Part shown: in pieces, positions 52,001 through 64,000 of the stretch | Numbering within the stretch: position 1 is the stretch's first letter | Layout of the letters: each line of letters begins with the position of its first letter | Assembly: GCA_000934665.2 (NCBI GenBank) | Contig: KZ538106.1 | Span: 62,001 to 126,000, forward strand | Direction: 5' to 3' | Source: Catajapyx aquilonaris | Taxonomy: Eukaryota | DNA length: 64,000 nt | The notes under the pieces: generated by a model | Seen by the model: the letters and a program-made list of their open reading frames with translations, nothing else | The model's database searches: none | What the model was told of the DNA's origin: nothing | Program-made: the position numbers and the translations under genes

Positions 52001-53120
52001 GAGGTAAGCAAAACGTTGGGCTTGTGTCCAATCATAGTGGCGGGTGGTTGTTGGTTCCTTGAGAAAGGAACGCTGGCTATGTGCTTCTCAGGGGTGGTGG
52101 AAGTTGACAGAGCTAATGAGGGGATGCTATGCAAAAGAGGGGGAGGGCTGCAGGAGAGGAAAGTTTCCAAAATGGTTCCCTCAGGCTCACTTGTGACCAA
52201 CTCACTTCATTACATCTCAGCACTTATTGCTTCAGAGAGAGAAAAAATTGGGTGGGAAGGAGTAGGGGTGGGAGAAGAGGAAAAAAAATTTGGAAGTCAG
52301 GGCCAAAGTCAACATTTTCACGTCAGAAGTGGGGAGAGAAGAAGGGTGGAATCGTAGTGGATGCAGAAAATTGATGAAAGAGGAGGATTAAGGGAGGATC
52401 TGGTCGTCACCTGTGAGGAACCGAGAGAGATCCGGGGCCAGCCAGCCATACATCACTCGCCTGTTTATGCACGCTTTTTATTCGCTCCTTCATTACTTAC
52501 ACTCCTCACTCATTCACTTGTTGACACTCGGTAATTGATGCGAGTGTTGCAGTTCTATTTGTTGGTAATATGACTTTTTAGACTGCCTCGCCTAAAATTG
52601 GGGAGTGTTCACTCAATTTTTACTTGAAATACTCTAGAAATACATATAGACTTCTGCATATAGACTGCATGTTGGTGGGTGTCGTTTATTTCTGAATTAT
52701 ATTGTAAATAAACTCTTTCGAGCTATTCATATATCACTAATAATACCACCCTGTATTCCTTGTGATTTGTACAATACGTACACAGGAGAATACAACCCAA
52801 GTGTAAAACATTATCAACCAATAGAGAAACTTGAACTGCAACCGGAGTTGAGCAGGAAAAAAGATCCTTATAAATATGTTCATTCCGGAAAATAAGAAGG
52901 TAGGTGAAACAATCCAGTGTACTGAAAACTCTAAATGCTCTTAAAATACTGTATGTAACAGGAGCATTAAATTTCGGATAATTTAAGTAAATAGAGTTGT
53001 TTACACAGCAAAGTGTACAAATGTATTCTTCTGAGTGAATAATTCTTCAAAAGGAGTATAATAATTATGTAAGCTAACAAATACTAACACACGTAAATTA
53101 TATAGACTACATGCAATATA

Positions 53121-53202
53121 CAGGGTGTTCCAGATTCATGGGTCACTTTTTGATAACTGATATCAGTTATCAAAAAGTGACCCACGAATCTGGAACACCC
53201 TG
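53121..53202. mobile_element. 82-bp near-perfect palindromic Tc1/mariner-type MITE with TA target-site duplication
   Basis: TA|CAGGGTGTTCCAGATTC...GAATCTGGAACACCCTG|TA, with one mismatch over 41-bp arms and no loop. Related solo ends GAAACACCCTGTA near 42413 and GGAACACCCTGT near 62329. Confidence 0.88.
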
Positions 53203-55799
53203 TATTAGTCTACGCTTATACCCACACCCGTGTGCGGGTAAATAATATCCCACCTTTGTATACAATCATAACAACTTTGCACTGGAGTATATGTGCTGGT
53301 ATAACCGATGATATTAATCTCTACTTAATTAAATCCATTTTACAAATCATGATGATTGTCACACTCGACGAAAACATATACAGTATATGAATCTTCGACA
53401 TTTAATAATTATTACCATTAAAATAATCAAATTTCCAAATGACATTGCATTACAGTGCTGATATCCTCCTTCCCATTCCTCCTTTAGTAAATGTTATGCA
53501 CTTCAAAATTTCAGTGTTGTTTCCCTTTTGATTAAACCTGAAATTAATGGGCTACTTCAGAGACAGATCACCTTTGGTCAAATAATGAAGACGAATCATT
53601 TTTAGGAATACACTGTCTAGGAGAAGAAAAAACATCCTGAGAAACGTGTTAATTCCGGAAAATGATCAGGTAAGTCCTGTATCCACCTGCTTCTTCCAGC
53701 AGCCACCTCCCTTCCTGACCCACCAATCGGGTCAGACTTTTACGTTGCTTAAACTAAACACTTCCCTGATCTACTCTTCAGCATTACTTCACAAGCGTTC
53801 ACAAGTTACCACTTCCTGTAAGGTTGGACAAGTACCAAGATGTGAAAAAATAGCTTTCCACTACATCATCCAATAATACACGTCAGGGATTGTGTGAAGC
53901 AGTCATATATGGTATTGAACGGCATGCTAGCCAGTGAAAGTTACACTATAGCATGAAGATAAAATTATTGCATTATGCAGGACTCTGGTCAGTGCATTAC
54001 ATATTGCAATTTTGTAGCCGCCACCGTCAATTTTAGTTTAAATAGATTCACCGAATATTTAAAATGAATGGCTAAATTGATTCAATGCACCCTTATTTTT
54101 TATTTACGGCGGTGTTTATGCTCTTTTCAAGTGAAGTAATGGAGCCTTTATGATACTGTTTCATCACTAATTCGACAGTCCCACAACATGTTGATCCTAA
54201 GTGTCGGTATATGGTGAGAATCGGTGACAAGATGACAAATCAGCAAGGATGAGCCGGGGAGCAAAAGCGGTGTTCCCCAGCTCGCTAGAGTTACAAAGCG
54301 GCTGATTTAGAGCTGGTAAAGGGGACTTCTGTCGTCGCCTTCCCCGAGGCTAATCAGGTGACGCCTTAAGAATAATAAAATAAAAAAGTGTAGGGGAGGA
54401 AAGCTTCCAGGGGAATGGGTTCATTTGGTGGTGAGGTGTATGAAAAATGCAGTAGGCGCCGGAGGAAGGCGTTCTTCAGCTGTCTACCAGGCGGGGCTAA
54501 GTATCCGCTGGAGATGTGTAGGAATGGTTTGTAAACACTTCTTAGGGAAATGAGGCCTGGGTCATGCATCACACTAGTTCACCTGATGCTGCACTACACT
54601 TTTTGTGTGTGTGTGGCACCGACTTCGCGTCCCCTCTTTCATTTAGCTGGGGTCCTGGACATGGACCAAGAAGAGTCAACGCCTCGAACTGCCTCGTCCG
54701 TCTTCACAAATTTCTCATCCACCACATTTCTTCTTTTTTTTCTTTTCTTCTTTGCTGCCTAGTACACTCTGGACCGGCTAGGTCCAGAACCTATGCCAAA
54801 ATGGTTTTTTTTTCTCCCTTCCAACACCTATCTCCTCACGTAATATACTCTCGAGCATTCCCAAACTATTCTTACGGCATGGTCTCGAGTCGAGTTGTTC
54901 AGACAGCAGAACTATGAGGCAGGATGCTCTCAAGTGGTAAAAACACGACATGGCCGGAATTTCTTGCTGAATTACGTGCCACCTATTGATTGGTTTTTAC
55001 GACGTTGGTCCATTACTAACTACAACTGTAAGGAAGGGGTTAAAAGGTGGGGGTTTGCTATATGCATCGGGCCTTGTAACTGGGTGTTTTGAACCGCATG
55101 AGGCAGCCTTCGGAGGGGATCCCAAAATGGCCTCTCCCCCCTCCCCATCTATATAGCCCGAGCCTAATCTGCCGCTGCCAAATTGAGCCTGACATCATTC
55201 GACGCAATGCCCACCCACAAAATCCCCAAACCCATCCAAAATCCCAGCCAGGGACCACGGAGGCTTGGAAATACACCAGGCCATTTTCGATACAACTTTG
55301 TTCCTATTTAGTGCACACACTGTACTCTGCGGTTGTGTACTGTGCCAAGAAGTGGCAACGGCATGTCTTGGATTGAATAAATTTCCTGCAATATTTGCAT
55401 ATAGGTAATTAACCTCATCACAATGCATCCATATCTGCCAAAAAGCATCCTTTGCCACAACCAATTCAACAAGCTAATCACTTTGAAATAAACTTCTGGC
55501 GTGCTGTACAAACTGTATTGGGTGATTTGAAAAGGAGGTTTAGTGGCAAGGGGGGGTCCAGTTTGTCCCCTTTTGCTTTGCTATTATGCCATCCCTCCTC
55601 CTGTGGCGGTTGAAAAGAGATGCTGGTTTTGCACCCAGAGGCCAACCGCACATCTCTATCCATCCCATGAAAAGGCTAGAAAAGAGCACCCCTTCGCACA
55701 CTCTTTTGTCTTCCACCCCTGTGTGTTTTTCCGGCTTTTGGATCCCTCCAGCACTATATCGAATCCCCTCTTACTTTTCCACCCTTTTCTTCCCAATAT

Positions 55800-55822
55800 C
55801 CTCTCTCTCTCTCTCTCTCTCT
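55800..55822. repeat. (CT)n / GAGA microsatellite
   Basis: About 11 CT units. Confidence 0.85.
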
Positions 55823-58800
55823 CACTCAGGGATATGGCAAACCGCCCCCACAGATCCGCCAACAATGCTGTTTTTCTTACCGACACAAGCCTGACTTTAG
55901 AGGTCAGTTCTCTCTAGTGTTTTTCAAAAGTTGCAATGCATTGTCCAGATTTTTACTTTTCAGCACTAAAAGAGGGGGTTTCCAATTTGTGGGGCCCGTA
56001 ATTGAAAGACTCAGCCACGTTAAGCAGAAATGAAAACAGGAGTGCCGGCAGGCTATTTCTCGGCAGAAAAGTGTGTTTTTTCACCCCATTCCCCACACCC
56101 AACTCGACTATTTAACCTTTTCCAGCAGGGGAGGGGGGGGTGCTAACTCAATGAATCCATTGCAGAGCAAAAACAGTGCCAGTCAATCTTGGATTGGAAT
56201 CTTGATGGGTATGAGTGCGGTCATTAGCCGCTGGAAAGTGTTTGGATGTGGAGAAACTTGGTGCAATATCACTTTGAACCAGTAAGCTCCTTATGCTGTT
56301 GATTTATTATTGCTGGCCACTTTTTACGACGGGGCTTCCCCCCCTCTCTTATAATTCTGCACCACCCGGCAGCTGATGAGATTATGTCTCGTGGCAAATT
56401 TTCCTATTTAAAAGTTCAGCCTTCAGCCTATATAAGGTGGCCCAAAATGCGTAAATGCCTGAACCCAGGGGCTTTGTCTATATCCCCTGTTTATTATTCT
56501 CTGGGCAAAGGTGGAAACAAGATACTAGGCTATGCTTCAACTTGTTCAGTCACCGTTCCAATCCCGCGTGCCAGGGCTTCTGGAATTAAATACCCAAAAG
56601 CCTGCATATCTCCCTGAGACGATTTGTGGCTGCACAACTGAAACTGCGGTCCATCCATCATTCCCCTGTACGCGACACATTCAGAGAGATCCACACCCGG
56701 CATTACAACCAGTGATTAATGTCGCTTTGCCTCACCTAAAATAGATCCTGCAGACTTTGCATTTATTTTTAGATAAAATTAACATCCTATATACGTACAA
56801 AGAAAAAAATCGGGTTAATTCGATCAAAATTATTTGCACAAAAATGTGGAAGAATCTGATCCTGTACCGTTTCTGAAAAATGTCGCAGTCAAATATTTTG
56901 TGGTTCGCATCTCCAAGATTTTAAGATGTGACTGCGTAACTGCGTTGTTGGAGTGATGCGTTCCCTTGTTTCCTCGGCTGTACCTATCCCAAGGCAACAT
57001 GTCCATCTTTAGAGAAGTAAAATTAGCTCCTGGCATCTGGACTCTCAGGTACAGCAGGCATTATTGTCTTGTCAGAGATCACCACACTCGGGCTCACGTG
57101 AATCCGAGCGTCGTGGGAGATGCCCCAGAGCCTCATTCCTATCATTTGTATACAGCAGGTAAGGTGCTAAGCTCACAGCCAGATGAATAAAAAGGGATCC
57201 TTGCCAGCTCGTGATGTGATCATTAGTGAAACACCCTCATGTGTTCCTGATGCGTGGACAAAGGTGTATCCTTACAAACAAAAAAATTCTTCGGTTCCCA
57301 GAAGTGTAGTATACGTATCCGTGGTTTAAGTTCGCAACTTTTTTTTTATTTCTGAGTATGCAGCATAGCTTTGACAAAGTTTTGAGTTCTCTTGGATCAT
57401 AAGAGTACTGTACAATAAGTTGTGACACTATGCCCATGAATTCTGCGAGTGGACGAACGTGGGAGAATGGACGCAGCGCAAGTTATCTAATCTTAGCCGA
57501 CGGGGATTACAGTATGCGTCAGGGGTCACGATTTTCGTTAGTCACGATTAGCAGACTCTAGTTGAGATGCTTCCCAGGCATCCTCCATTTGTTTATTAGG
57601 ACTACGTCACTTCTTGGATGCTCAGGCAAAGAATCTGGTTCTCATGTTACACTTTCATGATTATAATATTCTGGTATATTGTATCCATCATTTCCTCAAA
57701 TAAAGGGTGAAATAATTCAGTAAATTTGCATTTCATATGCAGGACCACACTTGCTAGTGGTAACCCATACACTACACTCCTGTTACTCCTCAACACTTCT
57801 TTCTCGGGACAGTCAACAGCTTCATTCAACACCCAGCAGTATGCTGCGTGCAACTCCTCCTATATAAAAAAAAATCCCAGCAACCTTTTACGCCCGCAGT
57901 CGACATGATTTCAGTAACAAAATCTTGGCCATGTAGAGTGGTAGGCCTGGAAATGGCATATTTTGGAGTGGAAAAAAGGGGGATTTTCCTCCGGTGGAGA
58001 AAATGGCATTGTAAAAACTAGTGGAGAAAAGTCTGTGAGAGCACCCCCACCATCTACCTCCATCTCTCCTAAAATAGGAAGAAAGGAAGAGGAAGACAGA
58101 CTGCTTGGCTCTGTCGGGGGAGGACTAGGAATGCAGCTAATGGGACTTCCCCCCAACGCCCTCCGGATTAGCACACCACCAGCAAGCACCAGCCTCCGAA
58201 GCAACCTTTTCCTCTCCCTTTTGCCCAGACATATCGCCGCCAAGCCAACAACAACACCTAACCTCACGCTTTACCGACATCTCCTTCGCCCGTCACTACT
58301 TCCGCCGACTAATTGCCGACTACAGAAACCGACATTGTTCCACAATAAACTTGGAGTGCTTCCTGTCGTTTGTCCCCCTGAACCAGGCGCATTGCCCACC
58401 TTCGACTTGGGGCAAACTTAGGACAATGTTGCCCATCGCAGCCGACCGGAAATGTGAAGGAGTGGACCACTCTGTAGGCACTTCTCTTCTTACAAAAAGA
58501 AACCCCACCCTGGAGGGCCTTGCTGGCGTCAAGCTGTCTCTGGGCCAGACACCCCCAAGTACAAGGACACCCATCAGGGATTTTCTTCAGGGGGGAATGA
58601 CGGATGGGAATTTTATTACCGAGTGTCTGGATATGTATCCCCTTACTGATTACAATATCAACTTGGGCGGTCCACCCTCATTTATTGGGTTTTAAAAAAA
58701 ATGGGGGGATATAAAACGCGGGGTTTTTGATGATAAAAGAAGTAGGGGGAAATTTTTTCGTAACCGGAAATGGTCTGACCAAGGCCGGGCTCTGGTTAAG

Positions 58801-61800
58801 TCATTAAGAGTAACAGAAGTATTTCTGTTGTCGCAGGAGAAAAAAAGAGGAGAAAACAGGACGCATATCTCAATTGTCACCAGTGTATATCATGTCCCCC
58901 ACTGGTTTGACCCTGCAGAAAATCGGGTTTTGTCAATAATATTGGTGTATTATTGTAATTAAATGTTCCATAAATCCGAGCAGTGGTGTGAGGTCAGGGC
59001 AACATCGTACAGCTATCATCACACACTAATGTGCCACTTCTTGCTAATTTTTTTGCGTACTTCTAGGAAGGGCTCGTTATAAAGCTGACATCCCCACACT
59101 GCTGGTGCACTCATTTCAACAGACTGCTGGTCGACCCACTTTCCTGATATGCTCGCTATCTCACTTCTTGAATTTGTGGATTGTTCATCCCAGCAACATG
59201 CTCCGATTGCTTCCAAACTACTGCTAGGGTTTGCTTCTTTTCATTTGGAAACCTGTGTAATGCACCATCCTGTGCGTACCGGTACTCGTTCTGTATTTTT
59301 TTTAAACAATTAATAGGATATGCATTATTTGAATAGCAATATATTGTAGAGTTTCCAGATCCATGTTCCCTCTAGCGGGACTGCCTGAAAGCGATTGAAA
59401 GTGCCTCCGTGTCCAATGTGGACGGTTGAAGATACAACCGTTGGGGGCGCGCGGTCCAGCAGCCACGCAGCATCCGGCTGCCTTTTCCGCCACCTTCCCA
59501 TCACGTCCTGAACTACTAGGCCACAATAGCCCGCGACAATTGATTTTGCCCAACAATCGCTGGCTAATAAGACACACACCGGTCAACGAACCTGTCCGAT
59601 CGGAATTTCCGCCAACTTATGACTTCCAACGTTGTTTCATCAAACACGGTGCTAAATCAAGCCGAAAATGAACCCCCGGACTACCGGTTTTTGAAATGCA
59701 AACCGCTCCACTGTTTGATTGAGCAATCGATGCGAAATGTCAACGCCAGGTTGAATTCACAATTTTCCCGCCTGAATATATTTTCCCGGCTGCAGCATAT
59801 ATGGAAAATTTTATCCATTTTCCACCCCGGAAATTTGATGAGATTGATAATTTTCAGTTCTTCCACCTCTTTGGCCTTCTCCATTCCAGCACAAGCTCAT
59901 CCCAGCGGGAAGTCGGGGGGGTCGAGGGATGACTTGTGGTGCAACCCAATAACCCCCCATTCCCTTGCACCAATTCCCCTTGGGAAGTGGGAAAAAAGTC
60001 GTCCTCTTCCCGGAGCAACAACGTGGGTGGCATGCCGGTCGCCATCTTGAAGATAATGTTTTCCTTTTGAGCGCGAGGTTCGCTTACCATTGTCCCATAT
60101 GAGGCCGCGGTCAACCATATGCATACACAAATTTCAGCACGCTCAGTAGTCTGAAAGTGGGTTAGGTAACCCAGACATACAAACATACAGAGAAACTTTT
60201 CGATTTATACGGTACAGCCGATTATGAATATGGCTCATTTGAATCTCCAAAAATGTCAGTTGGTAGAAATATGAGTGAGTTATGAGCATACATGTGTTGG
60301 TGATTGGCGCCAGGAGTCTGCGGTTCCTAAAAAAGGCTTTAAGGGAAACGGCAGTCAGCAGGAAAGGGGGACACAAAGGGAGCCCTTGCAGCACTGGTGC
60401 TTCTCTGCTGGCGGACCAAGGAGCCGTCTTTCCACGTGTATTTCCACAGGAAGGATATCGGAGCCAAGATGTGCAGCTTTGGATAAATAAGCAGCAGAAA
60501 GAAGGAGGAAGAAGACCTTATTCCCTCCATTTCTTCCTTCAGGCAACGTCAAGCCCTTTAATTCCTTCCAAACCGTTTTCTACGGAGACCACACACATAT
60601 ATCCGACATTGCTCACGTGGTTGTCACTGCCCAATCCAGAATTGAGATAAACATGGTGGACATGCTAAAGAGACGTTGAGAAGACTAATTGGATGTGGTC
60701 CAAGAGTGCAACGTCGGAAGGGCAGTAAAGTTGTCACGGATGGTTTATCATAGAGGACTTGATAGATGTCTTGGGAGGGTGGGGTGTGGGGTGTGGGGGA
60801 TGATAATATAAATGGCCGTGTGAGCACCGGGTGTGTGCAGGTTGCGGTGAGGGAGTTTTTTGGCGGCCAGAGCATGAGGAGAGATCATCCGAGCCGAATT
60901 TTGGCGTCCGCTGGGGCTGCAGCGCCTGGGAATTCGGCAGCCACAAAAGCTCAGTCCAAATAAGCAAGTGCCCGATATGCACGCAGCCTTTGTGTCTGCT
61001 GCTTTCCTAGATGCCTATGCTCCCCTTTTATTGGCGCCCGTACCAACATGCACCCAACCTCACTTGCACCTGCTGCTTCGCTACAATGCTCTGCTGCTTG
61101 CAAACACATGTTGCAGACGGATTTAAATGGACAAGGCCTCTGCTGCAGTTCTGCCAGAGACTGACAATATGTGGAGGTTCGCTTCTACTTTTGGAGTCTA
61201 TAAACGACGTCACTCACATTCTCTGGTTCAAATGTTGAATGAATAACGTATTCCACAGCAGTTTTGAATGACGTCTACCTTCGCAGCCATTGTTATTTTT
61301 AACTTGCTTTAGTAATGGCATGGCAATATCGTGGACCTACGTGTGAACTTTTAAAAACAAATTGCATAGTATACTTGCCAAACGTTTGAAAAGGATTCTG
61401 GTCTATCACTACCACTATATTTTCTTCTCATTGAATATTACAACAGAGCACGAGGACAGGAAATGAAAATCACTTTCCTACGTTTCAATTCACTGTTACA
61501 TAATAACAACTGGCATATGAATAATTGCACACTTTTTGAGGGATGATCTTGTAATACAGCAAATAATAGGCAGCGATGTGGTAAGACAATCTGGTAAGGT
61601 CGTAAGTTACACCTCGACTATATAGGCATTCGACTTAAAGTTGTGTCACGGGGTAAAATAAAAAATAAAAAAATCACTGAATCAATCAATCAAAATATAT
61701 AATTATAGGCAGCAGATTTTATCCAAACGTTTGCTAAAGCTTGCGAGTTCATAATTATTGGCAGTTATCGCCATATGGCAGTTCTCCGTTATAAAATCAT

Positions 61801-62115
61801 TCTTCTACCATGGGAATAACGAAATTTACGATATTACCGCAACTTCTAGTGAATATGCAGTGACTTACTTCAAAATATAATAAGAAAAAGTGAGAGTTTG
61901 GAAGTGCAAAGGTTTCGTTTTAAGAAGAATGTCATTGCAATTCAAAAAGAATTTTGCACGCGTTATTTAAGTCATATTATTTTGTGTCACACTCATCTTG
62001 GCCCAGATAAATGTCACGGCTGAATATTCAACACGAATATGTTTTGATATAAGGACAAGGTGTGTCTTATCATTCTCGTGGAATAAATCCACCGATCAGA
62101 GAAGGTTACCACATG

Positions 62116-62172
62116 TCGTGTTTCGCCGATTCAGAAATACAAGTACAGTATTTCTGAATCGGCGAAACGCGA
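62116..62172. repeat. Inverted repeat (25-bp arms, 7-nt loop), probably a collapsed MITE
   Basis: TCGTGTTTCGCCGATTCAGAAATAC-AAGTACA-GTATTTCTGAATCGGCGAAACGCGA, one mismatch. Confidence 0.8.
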
Positions 62173-62704
62173 ACTATATCATTCATCAGCCTGAAGATCA
62201 TGTTAAACACAGTGCCATATTACAGTATTATTTGTAAAAGTAAATGTTGGGAAGTCATGTTCTCTTTATACTGGAGGCCTATGGTAATAGACCTACTTGA
62301 TTAAGAATTCTCCTTTCCTTTTTCATTTGGAACACCCTGTTTAACTTACACACTCTCTGGCATGTCACATAAGAAAACTATTCAAACTGCAGGCTATAGA
62401 ATAGAGATTAGTATGAAAACAATGAACAAAGGTACTGTATCAAGCGTTATTTCCCCCATTGTGACGCTAATATATACCACATTCCAATTGTAATTACTAT
62501 TACCACACTCTAATTTACAAGCAGCTATAACATAAGTGACTCAAGTTTCACTATGCCTTACCGTCTCTTTATTTTTAATTATAAATAGAGAAAATGAAAA
62601 CGTGAGAAACGTCACGACACTTATATAATAAATAATAAATAAATCATACCCCGTTATCAGCCATCGGCTCTTTAGGGGGGAAGTTTGTTTTGTCTGGAAC
62701 TCTT

Positions 62705-63064
62705 CACTGAAAAAACCGAAATGGTTACAGTATAACCAAAACTATTTGGTTGAGTGAGATTTGGTTGCTTTCACCAAAATCTTAGCTGAATTGAAAAAAC
62801 AGAATTGGTTGAAGTATAACCAAAACATTTTGGTTGAAGGGTAAAGGGCCTATGCGATCGTTTCAACCAAAACCTTAGCTACTACAACCAAATGTACACC
62901 ATGTCAACGAAAATTTTGGTTACATCAACCAAATATTTTTGTAGAACGACAACCAAATATTTTTGGTTACTTCAACCAAATTTTTAGCAGGTTCTATATT
63001 AACCTTCCGATTTGGTTGAATTAAACATGTTTTTGGTTTGTTCAACTATATATTTTTTTGAGTG
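62705..63064. mobile_element. CACT-ended non-autonomous DNA transposon (CMC/EnSpm-like) with subterminal repeats
   Basis: Ends CACTGAAAAAA ... TTTTTTTGAGTG, with TT on both flanks (possible 2-bp target-site duplication). The interior is packed with TTGGTTG/CAACCAA motifs in both orientations. Confidence 0.65.
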
Positions 63065-63089
63065 TTTGCTTTTCATTTTACTGCGCTCT

Positions 63090-63278
63090 TTGGGATAGGA
63101 TAGGGACGGATGGAAGCGGCTGTGGCCTATTAATTACGGAAGTAACTCCGGAATTTTCCTGGAAGGACCGTGGGAAACCACAGAAAACCACGGTCAGAGT
63201 TGCCGGCCCCGGGATTCGAACCCAGGACCTCCCGATTAGCAGTCGGACGCCTTATCCACTATGCCAACCTGCTTCGGT
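63090..63278 (-). mobile_element. tRNA-derived SINE (second family; tRNA-Ser(GCT)-like head plus central domain)
   Basis: The - strand has A-box TGGCATAGTGG, anticodon-like arm TCCGACTGCTAATCGGG and B-box GGTTCGAATCC, then GGTTTTCTGTGGTTTCCC...CCAGGAAAATTCCGG...GGCCACAGCCGCTTCC. From memory this body resembles widespread insect SINE bodies. The 3' end is approximate. Confidence 0.8.
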
Positions 63279-64000
63279 TCACGACACTTATACAGAAACT
63301 ATATGCATATACAGTTAAACGTGGCATTCGAAAATAATAAAGTAACAGTGAATTTTAGCTCAACACATCAAATAAATATATTATTATCATCAGCCGCAGT
63401 AGAGTAGTTTTCACATATTGTTCCACACCGCACTATACTGCACTGTATTGACATTTTAACAACAGGCACCACGTAAATCCACATAAGCTGCATAATAATT
63501 ATGACTGCATGATGCTATGCCCTTATTGTTACTGTAATTTTCCCTGTGATGCGGATCTGTGTGTAAGATAATCTAACCAGTTCCAAATTCTATGAATTGA
63601 GTGGATTGACGTCAGGTTTTTCTCTGACGATGGTGTTTCCGCGGAAGGAAGAAAGGCCAAGAAATAATAAAAAAGAGGTTGAATGGCGCAGTCGAGTGAG
63701 GCGTCTGTTGCTGGAAAAAGAAGCGCACATCCGTCCAGCAGCAGAACACTGCAAAAATTTTAAAGCCAAGGAGGAGCTTCCGAAGGGAAATGACGTCACT
63801 GCACCTGACAACCGCCCGACGACGGACATGAAGCAAATGCTGCCCTTACACTCATGCAGCACCAGCAGGACGAGGCTCTCTCTTTTTTTTACTTCACTCT
63901 TTTTCTCTCTCAGGTTGGCTTCTTCTCACAGACACATACGCAATGTTTCGTTCTCAGCACGAGCGAGGCGCCATCTTGCCAGCACGGGGTCCCTGCATGC

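Noticed and set aside
62705..63064. Regularly spaced TTGGTTG/CAACCAA repeats as a CRISPR-like array
   Set aside because: Eukaryotic context, very short repeats in both orientations, bounded by inverted termini; these are transposon subterminal repeats.
63200..63278. tRNA-Ser(GCT)-like gene
   Set aside because: No long variable arm or proper acceptor stem, and it continues into a SINE body; treated as a SINE head.

Overview
Eukaryotic genomic DNA, most likely arthropod (GT-AG introns of about 60-160 nt, an arthropod-type FoxC N-terminus, insect-like SINEs and MITEs); the species cannot be determined from the sequence. Three protein-coding genes are supported. (1) A + strand SLC7/HAT light-chain amino-acid transporter, b(0,+)AT/SLC7A9-like, with 13 visible exons, probably 5'-truncated by the window edge and ending at 2703. 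(2) A convergent - strand cytochrome b5 with 4 coding exons (9747->6583), plus two extra strong splice acceptors that predict a soluble isoform and an alternative-tail isoform. (3) An intronless FoxC/crocodile forkhead gene (26363-27976) inside a gene-poor region of about 50 kb made of GC-rich islands and AT-rich, transposon-containing spacers. Mobile elements include two tRNA-derived SINE families, several palindromic Tc1/mariner-, pogo- and PIF/Harbinger-type MITEs, a CACT-ended element, and a non-autonomous Helitron with a nested SINE. Most short ORFs in the supplied track look spurious. The best leads are the cytochrome b5 C-terminal splice switch, loss of the heavy-chain disulfide cysteine in the SLC7 protein, and a uORF or possible frameshift at the FoxC start. 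All calls were made by eye; no database search was run.
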